The position numbers and the translations under genes are program-made. DNA of 64,000 nucleotides from a virus (lineage: Duplodnaviria; Caudoviricetes): positions 1 through 64,000 of the IMG/VR virus record IMGVR_UViG_3300020049_012431. One strand, 5' to 3'. The notes under the pieces are model-generated. The model was not told where the DNA came from, did not search any database, and was given only the letters and a program-made list of their open reading frames with translations. Position 1 is the first letter of the stretch. Every line of letters begins with the position of its first letter. Shown piece after piece: positions 33,926 through 45,261 of this stretch.

Positions 33926-36010
33926 TTACTCTTCCGTATCTGGCTTGTATTTAAATAATTCTCTAAATCCTGGTTGTTGCATCAATGAGAACATCAGAGC
34001 TTTTCTTTTTGGTTCAGTTTGATTTGAAATATTTCTCAATAAGGGAGCAAATCTTTTCTCACCAGTTGATTCTAGGTGTGTTGCCAATTTATTAATAGCA
34101 TCTGGCGCAAAATCGATTGTTTTTGATAACATTTTTCCCGGAACACTATTTTTTACAGCACCAACACCTAAACCGATAGCATTAGATGCTTGACCGGATA
34201 CACGTCGGGCCATTTCACCTAAGTTACGATTTAAAGATATTGGGACATTGTTTGCACCAACTAAGTCGCTTCTTTCTGCAAGATCCATTCCTAGTTTTTC
34301 TATTTCATCGGCCATACCTGGGTGTACTTCTTTGAGTGCATCTAGTCCTTTTCGCAATGTGTATCTAGCATTATTTCCAGAACTAGAATTTTTTTCCCAT
34401 GCTTCAAAAAGTGGAGCCAATTTCATGACGTTACCATACTCATCAAGACCATCGCCAGCATTGAATACTCTCTGTGCTTCTATTAGGTTTTGTAAATTTT
34501 TATTAGTTTTCTCAACCCCCGGAATAGATTTATTTGCGAATGTAGCAATTTCACCGCCACCCTTTAATAATTGGTTTTTTAGTGCGGCTTCACCAATATT
34601 CTGATCATTCGCTAACTGATTTATTGTTTTATTTAAATGGTCTAAATCGGAAGCATTCGACTGATACGGTCCTGATGTTGTTTTAGTAATTTCAGGTGGT
34701 TGTATTTTAATCTTAGAATAACCGGGAGAGCCTGGGATATTTTCGACTGTATGTGTTTTAGTATTAATAATAGGACCAGAGTCGCCAGATTCTAACTTGT
34801 AATCAACAATTTTTCCATTTTCTTTTATCGGCATTAATTGTTCTACTTTAGTCGGTGCTGTTTCTGATTTTGTTAATTTTGTTATATATTTTCCGTCTTT
34901 GCTTGGAATAAATTCGTGTGAAATATTTTCGCCCATAGCATTAGCGCTAGCTACTTCTTTTTCTGCTTCAAGTTGTAGTTTTTGTAATGCGCTGAGTTCT
35001 TCATCAACAGAACCAAGTCTTTCTACAGGTTTAAATGTTTTAGTTTCTTTAACAACACCTTGATTCGCTTTAAAATTCTCTAAAGACTCAAGCGCTCTCG
35101 CTCTATCTGCGGTTTGGTATTTATTGATAGATTTAGGCATTTCATTTATGCTTTTTATAATTTCATCAACTACATTTGTCGAATTATACTTTTCACCACT
35201 TGCATCAGCCGCTTTAATCACTTCTTGTTTTAGTTTTGATTCATCAATAATTGCCTGTTTAACTTTTTCACCAACTTGACCAGAAAAATCCCTAACTTCA
35301 TCACCAACTTTACGAAAGGCCTCTTTACCAAACGTAATTGTGCCATCAACTCCTCTAGCGAATTGTTTGCCTGTGTCAGTTTTCGCTAATGCGCCAAGAC
35401 CTTTTCCTGTACCATGAAATGCTGCACCAACACTTGAACCAATAAGGCCACCTAAAGCCGTATCTTTAGCCATACCATAAGCACTATCTGCCTCACTGGC
35501 ACCAAGTCCACCAACCGCACCAAGCCCACCAGCATTTAGCATCGCTTTAGCTAAAGTGGTTTTGGCTAAAGCTTCCCCACCTGCTGTTGCTGCGGCTTTA
35601 GCTAAATTAGCTGAACCGCCTATTGGTATAGCTAAACCGGACACAAGTCCTCCAGCTAAATTTCCAGCAAAATAAGTCTTAGGATTAGCTTCTTCTGCTG
35701 CATCATATGCTCTGCGCGACTCATCCCTATGTTGTTGATACGCATCAGCAAACGAAGAATCCGACCCTAAGATCTGATCTATTAACCCCTGACCAACACC
35801 TGTCGCTTCATCAGCAAAACCCATTAAACCACCTTGTACGGCACCGCGTAAAGCGCTTTCCGTTTTAGATACTGGTTCTTCTATTTTTGGTGTAGATTTT
35901 GTTATTTTACCCAATTCAGATAGTTCATCATCTGATAGTTTAGTGTAATCAAGTTTTTGTCCTGATGACAACGCTTCCAGTGTTGCGGTGGATAATTTAC
36001 TATAATCCAT
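33926..36010 (-). CDS. Putative internal virion/ejection protein
   Basis: 694 aa; SALRGAVQG..GFADE and GNLAGG Gly/Ala-rich segments; position after tail genes. Confidence 0.7.
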   Translation of the reverse strand: MDYSKLSTATLEALSSGQKLDYTKLSDDELSELGKITKSTPKIEEPVSKTESALRGAVQGGLMGFADEATGVGQGLIDQILGSDSSFADAYQQHRDESRRAYDAAEEANPKTYFAGNLAGGLVSGLAIPIGGSANLAKAAATAGGEALAKTTLAKAMLNAGGLGAVGGLGASEADSAYGMAKDTALGGLIGSSVGAAFHGTGKGLGALAKTDTGKQFARGVDGTITFGKEAFRKVGDEVRDFSGQVGEKVKQAIIDESKLKQEVIKAADASGEKYNSTNVVDEIIKSINEMPKSINKYQTADRARALESLENFKANQGVVKETKTFKPVERLGSVDEELSALQKLQLEAEKEVASANAMGENISHEFIPSKDGKYITKLTKSETAPTKVEQLMPIKENGKIVDYKLESGDSGPIINTKTHTVENIPGSPGYSKIKIQPPEITKTTSGPYQSNASDLDHLNKTINQLANDQNIGEAALKNQLLKGGGEIATFANKSIPGVEKTNKNLQNLIEAQRVFNAGDGLDEYGNVMKLAPLFEAWEKNSSSGNNARYTLRKGLDALKEVHPGMADEIEKLGMDLAERSDLVGANNVPISLNRNLGEMARRVSGQASNAIGLGVGAVKNSVPGKMLSKTIDFAPDAINKLATHLESTGEKRFAPLLRNISNQTEPKRKALMFSLMQQPGFRELFKYKPDTEE

Positions 36011-37491
36011 TACGTACCTTTCTTTCGGCGCTTTAACTCAGCAGCAATTCCATTCCTTAGATCATCATTGATATTAAATTGTGGATGATCGTTTTGATCC
36101 TCGGCATCCGTTTTTTTAAAACTATTATAAAGCGGGTCTATTAGTGAGTAGTCCTGTTCTTCAATTCCTCGTTTTTTTGCCTGATCTAAAACCGGTTGAG
36201 AGAACATTTTATATTGCTGTTGTGATTGCTTAAATATATTGTTAGTAACATCTTGTAATTGTTTTAATGTTTCTTTATCCAGTACTCTAGGCTTAGATCC
36301 CAATTTACTAAAAGTTGAATTTAGTTTACCCCATGTACTACGAGCTTCACCCATTAGTTTTATTTCCCCCTCTTTCACGGCAGAATCAGGATCGAACGCT
36401 TTAATTGCAGCATATAAAGCACTAATGTCCTTCACTCCACTTGGGTCGCGAATCGCATCATCTATTAAATTCTTAGCTTGAGACATTTTTGACATAAATT
36501 GGTATGGTTTACTTTTAGTTAAATTATCATATCTTTGTGAAATAAAGTCTTGCTTTTTTGAATCTAATTTTTCTAGTCTGGATGCCGTTTTATTAGATTG
36601 ATCTAACGCTTGCATCGCCAAACGATTTTGTTGCGTATCATAATTAGTTATCATATTAGATAGATTAACTTTACCTAAACTGTCCTCAATTAAAGTTGAT
36701 GACATATTCGGACTAATTTTAGAAGCTAGATCGAAACGTTTTATTCTATTTAAACCGTCTATAGCACTGTATCTAGCCAGTTTGCTTATTTCACTATTAG
36801 GGTCATCTCTCATTTTTTGATTCGCGGCCTGAGCTTTCGCTTTTTCTAAATCTAATTTTCCTAACTCAGCTTTCTGTTTCTGCATATAATCTTCAACAGG
36901 AGCATTATATTGTGAAAGAATATGACTTACATCAAGTTTCTTTTCAGGTAAATAACCTTGGCCAGCAATAGCTCTGCCTATTTGATCCGCAGCACTTAAC
37001 AAACCAACATTAGCGAGCCCTTGTCTTCTTTGGTCTTGCAGTTGTCCCAATATATCTTGTTCCGGAACATTTTGTTCAGCAGGAACGGGTGATGAAGGGA
37101 TAACCGTGGCACTTTGTTGTGGTGCTTGCTGTGCGACAACAGGTTTAACCGTATTTTGTGTCGGTTTTGGTAATGCGTTTGGTATTTCTGGTTGCAATTC
37201 TTCTGGTTTCATATTATTTTGTAAGATCTGTGGGCCAAGCAAAGGAGAAGAACCCATCATATCAGAAAGATTAAACGGTTTAGGTGTAGGATCCATCGGG
37301 CTATTTGGGTATTGTTCCGGTGCTGCATGCGATGTAAAAAGATCAGACATACCTTGCGATACATTATTGGGTTTATCGGCGTTTAACGGACTAGCAAACT
37401 GTTCTGGCGAATTAGATATGTCACCAAGAAAAGATTTATTCGACTCTTCGCTATCCGGTTGCCCTAATAATTTTTGAAGAAAATCTAACAT
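36010..37491 (-). CDS. Putative internal virion/ejection protein
   Basis: Pro/Gln-rich N-terminus; DISALYAAIKAFDPDSAVKEGE motif. Confidence 0.7.
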   Translation of the reverse strand: MLDFLQKLLGQPDSEESNKSFLGDISNSPEQFASPLNADKPNNVSQGMSDLFTSHAAPEQYPNSPMDPTPKPFNLSDMMGSSPLLGPQILQNNMKPEELQPEIPNALPKPTQNTVKPVVAQQAPQQSATVIPSSPVPAEQNVPEQDILGQLQDQRRQGLANVGLLSAADQIGRAIAGQGYLPEKKLDVSHILSQYNAPVEDYMQKQKAELGKLDLEKAKAQAANQKMRDDPNSEISKLARYSAIDGLNRIKRFDLASKISPNMSSTLIEDSLGKVNLSNMITNYDTQQNRLAMQALDQSNKTASRLEKLDSKKQDFISQRYDNLTKSKPYQFMSKMSQAKNLIDDAIRDPSGVKDISALYAAIKAFDPDSAVKEGEIKLMGEARSTWGKLNSTFSKLGSKPRVLDKETLKQLQDVTNNIFKQSQQQYKMFSQPVLDQAKKRGIEEQDYSLIDPLYNSFKKTDAEDQNDHPQFNINDDLRNGIAAELKRRKKGT

Positions 37492-37500
37492 CTTGTATCC

Positions 37501-38535
37501 TTATTTTGCAGTAAAACCATTTTTATTAAGAGTATCAGGATAAGATGGTGTTCCCTGAGGTTGCTCACCTTGAGCAGCTTTTGCGTTTGCTGCAACAATA
37601 GATGCCGCACCAGTACCAATTCCACTACCAATACCACTCCACATACCAGCTTGTGCATTTGCTGCGCCTTGGTTCAATTGTGCCATGTTGTTAAAACCTT
37701 GGGATACGTTGCCAGCTTTAGCCATTTGGTTATTGAAATCTTGTTGGTACAGATTTCTATTATATTGTTGTTGTTGATTATGTGTTCCAACATTTGCATT
37801 TGAAATTGCTTGGGCGTTAGCTAAATTAGATTGCTGCGCTGCATTCTGTGCTGAAACGTTTCTTTGACCAACATTCTGCGCATTAGATGTATTAAATTGA
37901 CTGATAACATCCTGAGCATTAGCTGCGTTTAATTGTCTACCGTATTCTGTATTGCCTGCTGTGTTAGCTAAATTAGCCAATCCACTAGTAGCATCCAATT
38001 TTCTTTGTGCAGCGAGTGCAGCTAATTGCATCGCTTGTTGGCTAGCTTGATTAGAACCGCCTTGACTTGCGGCAAGTTGGGCGGCAAGTTCATCACCACT
38101 TCCACCCATACCACGAGCGGCTCTATTCTCAAGTATGCCTTTTTGTTGTGAAGCGTTTTGTTGAGATGCTTGTCCCAATAATGCTTGAAGTTGCGCTCTG
38201 TCTGCTTCAGGTAAACCGTTTTGTTGAACATCGGCCATTTTTTGAAGTGCCGACATAGTATATTCATTGTACTTAGGGTTTACGGCAATATTTTGTTGTG
38301 CACTAGGTCCCAAAAGTTGTTGTTGCTCAAGAGTTGGAGCTAAGTTACCGACAACCTGCTGATCCTCGAGAGCTAAACGCATTTTTTCAATGTCAGGAAG
38401 ACTCACGCCTTGCAATGCCGCAAGCGCTGCCTTAGCGTCATTCTCAGCATTTGCTCTGGCACCAGCGCTAGCTTGTTGACCAATTGCGCCGCCAATTAAA
38501 GGTGCTGCTATTGAAGCTATTGTAAATGGATCCAT
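37501..38535 (-). CDS. Putative pilot/ejection protein
   Basis: Gln/Ala/Asn-rich, Gly-rich hydrophobic ends (IGGAIG; WSGIGSGIGTGA). Confidence 0.7.
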   Translation of the reverse strand: MDPFTIASIAAPLIGGAIGQQASAGARANAENDAKAALAALQGVSLPDIEKMRLALEDQQVVGNLAPTLEQQQLLGPSAQQNIAVNPKYNEYTMSALQKMADVQQNGLPEADRAQLQALLGQASQQNASQQKGILENRAARGMGGSGDELAAQLAASQGGSNQASQQAMQLAALAAQRKLDATSGLANLANTAGNTEYGRQLNAANAQDVISQFNTSNAQNVGQRNVSAQNAAQQSNLANAQAISNANVGTHNQQQQYNRNLYQQDFNNQMAKAGNVSQGFNNMAQLNQGAANAQAGMWSGIGSGIGTGAASIVAANAKAAQGEQPQGTPSYPDTLNKNGFTAK

Positions 38536-38536
38536 A

Positions 38537-40795
38537 TTATTTATTCCCCACAAGTCGTAAAATTTGGTTTATAGCATCAGAAGATACACCACTACCAAGT
38601 CTATTTTGAATTTGATTTGCCATGTCGCTTCTTACCTTAGAATAACCAGCATTACCAGAATCTCTTCTTTGTAACATTCCAGCAACAGCATCATTAGCGC
38701 CTTTTTGTGCTAGTTTATTTTCTTCAGATAATAAATAATCATATCCACCTTTATCCAAAACTGAATTAGCATAACCACTAATACCTATATTTTTATCTAG
38801 TGCATAGCGTCCCGTGTTTGGATCATAATGTACCATATCTTTATTTTTAATTAATCTATTGTATTGATCGACGTTACCATATTGCTCTTTTATTTGAGCA
38901 TCAGACATTCCATATACCGGATTGCCCCATTGGTCATTTAATTGTTCTTGACTTAAATCGGCTCCGTGTTGTATTATATCACCCAATTGTTTATTGCCTG
39001 TTTGTGTAATAAAATTACCCGCACCTTTACTATTAAGCTGAGATGCGATTTGGTCAAGTAGGGTATTTTGTGCGCGAAATTGTGCGGCACTGCCACTACC
39101 AGCACTGCCACCAAAACCATTAGTTAATGCTGCATTAAGCCCAGCAATAGGGCCACTACTTAATCCCTGACCTAATAAACTAGCAAATCCACCAAGAGGA
39201 CCGGCATTATTTAAAGGATTTTTTGCAACAGCATTTGCTAAACTACCGGAAATTCCGGCACTTGCTCCAGAATTTCGTGAATTAATATTAGATTGTCCGC
39301 CGTTAAGAAAATCAGCGAGTTTAACTTGCGCCGTAGCGGTTGCATTTCCGCCACTACCATATATACTAGATGATCCTGTATCTGATCCTTGTGCGCTAAT
39401 TGTTGTATTGTTCAAATAATCTTGAAATGCTTGATCTGCAGAATTTAATTTATTACGTAAGCTATTTTCGCCAGTGAGTGCACTTGCTGCTGTTCCCATT
39501 TGACTTGCGCCTTGCAATTGTAATTGGCTAGCGTCAGGACCAGTAAATGCGCCAGAAGTATCAAGTCCGCCTTTAGATAGTTTAGCTAAAGCATTATAAT
39601 AGTCAACATCTTTTTGGCTAGCAACATCCTGCGCTGTAGCCGCATTGTAATCGCTTATGTTAGCTATTTGTCTAAGATTTAAATTTGGATCAGTGAGAAC
39701 ATTGTATGTGCGTTCACCAGATTTAAGACCCAATTGATCAAAAATATCCTGATCGATTGTTCCTTGTTTAGCACCAGTAAGTACATCATAATTTTGTTGC
39801 CAGCGAGCTTTTTCAGCATCACGTTGTTTATTTACTTCAGGAATAAGATTTTGTAAATTCTGCATATACCCGGACTCAAGAGCATTTGCACTGTCTTGTA
39901 AACTCTTTTGAATATTTTGTTCTTGTGTTGCAACATCACCAGCTTGCTTTGTACCAGCTTGTGCTTGAGAATATATATTACCTGCTTGAGATACATTTTG
40001 TTTAGCCGCATTACGAATAGCATTAACGCCTTGCTGACCAGCACCAGATAAAAATAGATTATCCATTCGTTGTTGACCTTGCGTATATCCGGGTCTACTA
40101 AATGCTTGATTAACTAAACCACTTCGTCCTTGTGCTGTAGCTGTTTGTTGCGCAAGATCGCCTGCCTTTTGTTGTAAACCAGCAGCTGTGTCTTGTGCTT
40201 GTTGTGCTTGTGATTTAAGTGTATTTTCATCAACACCTTGACCAAGACGAATTTTTGTAAAATCGGTTAATTTATTTTGATCATTAACAATAGAATTTGG
40301 GTCAAAAGTATTTACTGGTTGAATCGGTTGTTGTCCAGTGGCCTGAGCTTTTGTCATTGCTGCGCTAGCGGTTTCACTACCTAAACCGTGGTTCATTGTA
40401 CTCTGCATTCCTGGAGCAACAGACATAATTCCGGTAGTAGATGCTACTGGAGCTTGAAGTTGTTGATTATACTGTTGCCCTCTACCTAACACATCATTAG
40501 CGTTTTGTACGCTTTGTTTAAATTGATTAGCCTGAGATTCTTGTTGTGTTTTTAGTGGTTGAATACCTTTATTTAATTGTTGCTGTACACCACCAGAAAT
40601 CTGTTGGCCAGCACCTTTATTAGCATTAAGGTATTTTTGTATATTAGTAAATTGACCACTAGAAGCAGGGCCTTGCTGTGGAGCACTTTGTTGCCCACTA
40701 ACCGGCGCTATGTTTGCTGGCTGTGCGGACGCAGGTTGACCAGCATTATTTTGCTTATTTTTGTCATCTTCATTGAAGTTAATAATGTTAGCCAT
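38537..40795 (-). CDS. Putative internal virion/ejection protein
   Basis: 752 aa, Gln/Asn/Gly-rich. Confidence 0.7.
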   Translation of the reverse strand: MANIINFNEDDKNKQNNAGQPASAQPANIAPVSGQQSAPQQGPASSGQFTNIQKYLNANKGAGQQISGGVQQQLNKGIQPLKTQQESQANQFKQSVQNANDVLGRGQQYNQQLQAPVASTTGIMSVAPGMQSTMNHGLGSETASAAMTKAQATGQQPIQPVNTFDPNSIVNDQNKLTDFTKIRLGQGVDENTLKSQAQQAQDTAAGLQQKAGDLAQQTATAQGRSGLVNQAFSRPGYTQGQQRMDNLFLSGAGQQGVNAIRNAAKQNVSQAGNIYSQAQAGTKQAGDVATQEQNIQKSLQDSANALESGYMQNLQNLIPEVNKQRDAEKARWQQNYDVLTGAKQGTIDQDIFDQLGLKSGERTYNVLTDPNLNLRQIANISDYNAATAQDVASQKDVDYYNALAKLSKGGLDTSGAFTGPDASQLQLQGASQMGTAASALTGENSLRNKLNSADQAFQDYLNNTTISAQGSDTGSSSIYGSGGNATATAQVKLADFLNGGQSNINSRNSGASAGISGSLANAVAKNPLNNAGPLGGFASLLGQGLSSGPIAGLNAALTNGFGGSAGSGSAAQFRAQNTLLDQIASQLNSKGAGNFITQTGNKQLGDIIQHGADLSQEQLNDQWGNPVYGMSDAQIKEQYGNVDQYNRLIKNKDMVHYDPNTGRYALDKNIGISGYANSVLDKGGYDYLLSEENKLAQKGANDAVAGMLQRRDSGNAGYSKVRSDMANQIQNRLGSGVSSDAINQILRLVGNK

Positions 40796-40808
40796 ACAGT
40801 AATATATG

Positions 40809-41216
40809 TTATCCTATTAGTATTACAGACAATTCGTATTTCTTGTCGGCTGGGAGTCCAGCCACATGATTTATACGCAATAAATTGCCTGTTGGTGTAA
40901 AGCTAATAAACGGGTTCCCAGAGGGAAAAGTCCCATCATTAGTCAAATTCCTAGAATTAATACAGTGACAACCCTTTATACGAGTTTTGAGCGTTGTTTT
41001 TATATCAATCTGTGTTTTGGGTATACCTGCAGCATTAAGCTCTACAGTGACGGTGATGAATTCTTGGTTTAAGTTATCGAAATCTATGTTCTTATTGAAA
41101 AGAGTGCTTATTTGTTCTAAAAACGGGTTTAAAGAAAAACTAAGCTTTCGGATAAGTAAACGATCATCCTGAGGAAAATCTTCTTCTATAATACGTTTAA
41201 TATTGTTTAATTTCAT
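40809..41216 (-). CDS. Virion-module hypothetical protein
   Basis: 135-aa ORF directly downstream of the tail gene. Confidence 0.65.
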   Translation of the reverse strand: MKLNNIKRIIEEDFPQDDRLLIRKLSFSLNPFLEQISTLFNKNIDFDNLNQEFITVTVELNAAGIPKTQIDIKTTLKTRIKGCHCINSRNLTNDGTFPSGNPFISFTPTGNLLRINHVAGLPADKKYELSVILIG

Positions 41217-44200
41217 TATCTATATGCCCTTTCGCTATTACCCTCAAATGAATAGGAAATGCCCAAAATACGAAATTCATCAAATGCCGCCTTATGTAAA
41301 AATCTAGTTCTTATATAAGTACATCGTTGTTTGTTTTTAGGTATAAGAGTTCGGAATGGTCTGCCTGTACCTTCACCACCCCAAGCAATACTATCAAAAA
41401 CCCAAGTACCCCAATTACCAGTACCTTCCATAGTGAACTCAATATCATCAAAGTTGGCACTAAGGTCAGTATTATAACCGACGGTTCCTCTAGTGAGACT
41501 TGCTGTAGCAAATCTAACTGTAGCATCTCTAACGTGTTTTAATATAGCAGGATCACCGAAGAAATACGGAGCAAGTGTTGCATTACAAGAGATGGACTTA
41601 TAGTGAGTTAAACTACCGACAACAAGAGGCATCATCAAATCAACCGTCACCGATATATTTTTCTTATCAATAGATGTTATAAACACTTCATATATAACGG
41701 GATTGACCGATAATGAATAATTTGTGTGTAACAATGTTGTATCCGCATTCAATAAATTAATTAGATTATTATACTCAGTTTGAAATGTAATTGCGTCTAA
41801 AGAATACAACGTTTGGTACGCAGTGCCTATATCAGAATTCAACTGTGTGATAACAGACCCCAGCACATCCTGTAAATTATCGCCGGGGTTGATTGTTAAA
41901 TTTCTATAATAATTTTTATTATCATTACCAACAGTGTTAGGAACACCGGCATCAAGAACGAATTTATTCGCTAATCTATCAACCAGCGACGCGGTTACGT
42001 ATTGTGTTTGAGAAAGAACGTCACCAGGTTCAACGTTTAGTAAGGACGGTACAGAAATCGTCGTTCCTGAAATGGAGTTAGAAAGTAAATCTAAAGAATA
42101 TTCTCTATCCGCAAAGTCGGTTCTCTTTAAATCTTTTCTCTCTATTTCAACAATATTTATATCATCGGGTCCGACGAATAACTTATTCGTTGACGTATTC
42201 ACTATAGCACATTTGGCATTTCCTACTTTTTTCCAAGTAGTCCATGTTTCGGTTTTTGTGCTAAATCTATAAGCAATAGTTCCTGTTGTATCTGTTGCGT
42301 TTTTTGGTAACCAACAAATATAAGCATAATCTTCAACATAAGCAGCACCAAATGATGCGGTCTTATAATAAGTATATCTAGGTGAAGTGTATAGATTAAA
42401 TGCGTCTTGTACTGGTTGAGAAATAATGTCAATACCGGTTTCGCTTATGCGAACAACACCTTGACTTGACAAACCGAATATATTATTATCAATAACAACG
42501 CAGGTGTCTGGCGCTGAAACGTTACAAGAGCCATCAAATAAGGTAACAAAAAAGTTAGTAGGATTCTCACCAGTAAGGCGGTAAATACCGTCCTCTTTGA
42601 TGATAAACAAACTATCTCGTAATCCAAGGATACGCAATATAGCGCTATCTTGAGGACCAACGTCAAAATAGTTCACTATCGGAACAGCTTCCGGTTGGCT
42701 TGTTTTAGAAAAATATACACGATTAGCTTTTTCTTCGTTTGTTGCAGTAAGCGGTGAAGTAATGCTTGGACTAAAATCTTGGCCTACGTTACTTTGTAGC
42801 GTAAATGGTGTAGTGTCTAGTATTCTAGATTCAAAATTCATCTTACCTGGAGCATCTTGTGGTCCAGATAAATAATAAGCGTTCACTTCACCAGACGTAT
42901 CAGCAGAAACTATCTTACAAAGACTTCGCGCGGTATCGTCAATTCGTTGTGAAGGAGAAGCCAGAGAAGAAAGGCGAACATAATTAGTTGCGCCGTTCTC
43001 ACCGTCACCATCCTGAATTGCTGTAGTGGTTAAACCGGTTACCGGAGATAATGTGGTAATAACTGGATTTGTTGCTGACCCACTATTTGCTGTTGATATT
43101 GTTCTAGTTGCGGTTGTTCCATCAATAACAAAATCATAACTGGCATCATTTATTGCAACCATAACTTTGTCGGCAATAAGCGTTCCTGTTGTATCGGCGC
43201 TACTAACATCAACTTTAATTAGAAGTGTTCCGGCTGTTTCTACTGTGTTTGGTTCTACAATAGGTCCCGCTGTGTCATGAAAATAAATAGTATATTTAAC
43301 CGCATCACTAGCAGCATTTATTAAAAAATAAGTTTGATCTATCCCAGCATAGTATGCAGGAAAAGTAAATGAATGTATTTCTGGTCTACCAACAAAATAA
43401 TATTGTCTTGTTGTGTTCTTTGTAATAATTAAACTAGATGGATACACAGAAGCATTTGTTGCGCTAGCACCAGTGCCATCAGCGGTTATTGTGATTGTGT
43501 TACCAACAGATGTAGCTACAGTGCGTATTCCATCAAGAGTAGCTGAACCACTATTTGTTATTACTATCTTTTGTCCAGCAACAATAGTCGTTGCCGCAGA
43601 AAATACAATCGTTGTTGTTGGTGCTAAGTAGGTTATACTTGTTATATCGATCGTGTCACCAGATGCGCCATAACGTTCGAAATCACCCAAACCAACCATA
43701 TCAATTAATTGTCTATAGGTTGTTCGTGTATTAGCAAAAAACGCACTGTTTTTATATGCTGCAATATCTTTAGCGAAAGGCGGTGCTTCATTAGACTGAA
43801 GTATTCCTTCGCCACTAGATTCGTTTGTATAGAGCGGTGCTCCGCCCTGTCTAAAATCTTCTGGAACTATGTCATTAATTGTTATCTCAGTACCAGAAAT
43901 ATACCCGTCTTCATATACTAATCTATACTCATCATCAACGGTTAAATACTGAACATCAGCAAATGTTGTTGCTGTGAATAATCCTGTTCTATATATACGA
44001 TAAAAATAATCTGTTGTTATATTTTGTGGTACAGCGAATGTAACTGTTGCTGTTCCGCTAACTGAGTTTTGATTTACGACCTCTATCGGTGTACTAGGAC
44101 TACCAAGAATCAAATTATTATTGATGTCTTTTGTTCCCCAAACAATACGATAAGCAATTTTACTATAGCCTTCAAAAAAACCTTCATTGACGTAATCAAC

Positions 44201-44653
44201 CACGGCTGTTCCACCAAGGGCCTTAATCCCACCCGCAGTACTTATTTTTGCTGAAGATAAAAGACTCGCACTTTTTGCGGCAATTTTACGTATCCCGGTG
44301 CTTGTAGTTAAGAACAGATTTCCGTTTTGTTCGATACTCTTCAATCGAAGCCCAGACTCAGTTTCGATAAAAGAACCGGTGAATGCTGTATATGTTCCAC
44401 TACCATTGTCATATGCCAACGCATTTGAATAATGTGCTATTGTTCTATTTTTATATAAAAGAAGTTGTTTTGCTACATCTGATGTAGTAGAACCGATTGT
44501 TCCATACTGTTTAAGTCCACGACGAGACTCTAATGTACTTAATCTATCTATGTTTACATTTTCGGCGATAGATAAGGCACCTTCAGGAATTTCACTTAGA
44601 AACGAATTATAAGTGTGTAGTCCTTTGAATCGTAACATGCTTGTAGTAGCCAT
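41216..44653 (-). CDS. Tail tubular/nozzle (stabilisation) protein
   Basis: 1145 aa, beta-rich; ANRVYFSK..QPEAVP and ILGLRDSLFIIKEDGIY patterns of podovirus nozzle proteins. Confidence 0.75.
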   Translation of the reverse strand: MATTSMLRFKGLHTYNSFLSEIPEGALSIAENVNIDRLSTLESRRGLKQYGTIGSTTSDVAKQLLLYKNRTIAHYSNALAYDNGSGTYTAFTGSFIETESGLRLKSIEQNGNLFLTTSTGIRKIAAKSASLLSSAKISTAGGIKALGGTAVVDYVNEGFFEGYSKIAYRIVWGTKDINNNLILGSPSTPIEVVNQNSVSGTATVTFAVPQNITTDYFYRIYRTGLFTATTFADVQYLTVDDEYRLVYEDGYISGTEITINDIVPEDFRQGGAPLYTNESSGEGILQSNEAPPFAKDIAAYKNSAFFANTRTTYRQLIDMVGLGDFERYGASGDTIDITSITYLAPTTTIVFSAATTIVAGQKIVITNSGSATLDGIRTVATSVGNTITITADGTGASATNASVYPSSLIITKNTTRQYYFVGRPEIHSFTFPAYYAGIDQTYFLINAASDAVKYTIYFHDTAGPIVEPNTVETAGTLLIKVDVSSADTTGTLIADKVMVAINDASYDFVIDGTTATRTISTANSGSATNPVITTLSPVTGLTTTAIQDGDGENGATNYVRLSSLASPSQRIDDTARSLCKIVSADTSGEVNAYYLSGPQDAPGKMNFESRILDTTPFTLQSNVGQDFSPSITSPLTATNEEKANRVYFSKTSQPEAVPIVNYFDVGPQDSAILRILGLRDSLFIIKEDGIYRLTGENPTNFFVTLFDGSCNVSAPDTCVVIDNNIFGLSSQGVVRISETGIDIISQPVQDAFNLYTSPRYTYYKTASFGAAYVEDYAYICWLPKNATDTTGTIAYRFSTKTETWTTWKKVGNAKCAIVNTSTNKLFVGPDDINIVEIERKDLKRTDFADREYSLDLLSNSISGTTISVPSLLNVEPGDVLSQTQYVTASLVDRLANKFVLDAGVPNTVGNDNKNYYRNLTINPGDNLQDVLGSVITQLNSDIGTAYQTLYSLDAITFQTEYNNLINLLNADTTLLHTNYSLSVNPVIYEVFITSIDKKNISVTVDLMMPLVVGSLTHYKSISCNATLAPYFFGDPAILKHVRDATVRFATASLTRGTVGYNTDLSANFDDIEFTMEGTGNWGTWVFDSIAWGGEGTGRPFRTLIPKNKQRCTYIRTRFLHKAAFDEFRILGISYSFEGNSERAYR

Positions 44654-45258
44654 TATATACCGACCTTAGTTAAAATATAACCTTTACATGGTCTATTTTT
44701 TTTTATTGCAATACTTATTGTCGAAATATTACATTTAATTTGCTTTGCCGCATCCGTCATTGATTCATATACATTACCATGTTGATCGATTAATTTAATT
44801 TTTTCTTTTCCATGGCCAGTTAAATTATTTTCTTTTATTCTATTCTTGATATTTATATCTAGAGTATCCCACCATTTTTTTGTACCAATAGATATTTTTT
44901 TTCTAAAATTATCATCAATAATTCGGTTTTTAACGCCATCACCGCCATTAGTACAATTTAATAATGGCGAATTGATGCTTTTAAAATAAGAAATCCAATA
45001 AATCTCGGCATCCTGTAAAAATTTTTTATCTTCAAATTCTTGTAAAACAATAATTTTTGGTACTTGATTCTTGCGGGCTAATTTTTTTATCCATCTATAA
45101 ATAGGGTAGTGGGCTATTTTTTTTGTAGTATACCGTTTGAAATGCTCTAATGGTCTAAGTAATCCCTTGCTAGATAGTCCTATATATCTAATTTCATAAG
45201 TATTAGGATCTTGGAGTGCATAAATAATATTAAATTTTAACATTGAGGTTGTTGCCAC
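44653..45258 (-). CDS. Free-standing GIY-YIG homing endonuclease with NUMOD1-type C-terminus
   Basis: IIYAL...IRYIG, conserved E and N (EIYWI, LLNCT), C-terminal YESMTDAAKQI HTH. Confidence 0.85.
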   Translation of the reverse strand: MATTSMLKFNIIYALQDPNTYEIRYIGLSSKGLLRPLEHFKRYTTKKIAHYPIYRWIKKLARKNQVPKIIVLQEFEDKKFLQDAEIYWISYFKSINSPLLNCTNGGDGVKNRIIDDNFRKKISIGTKKWWDTLDINIKNRIKENNLTGHGKEKIKLIDQHGNVYESMTDAAKQIKCNISTISIAIKKNRPCKGYILTKVGI

Positions 45259-45261
45259 ACA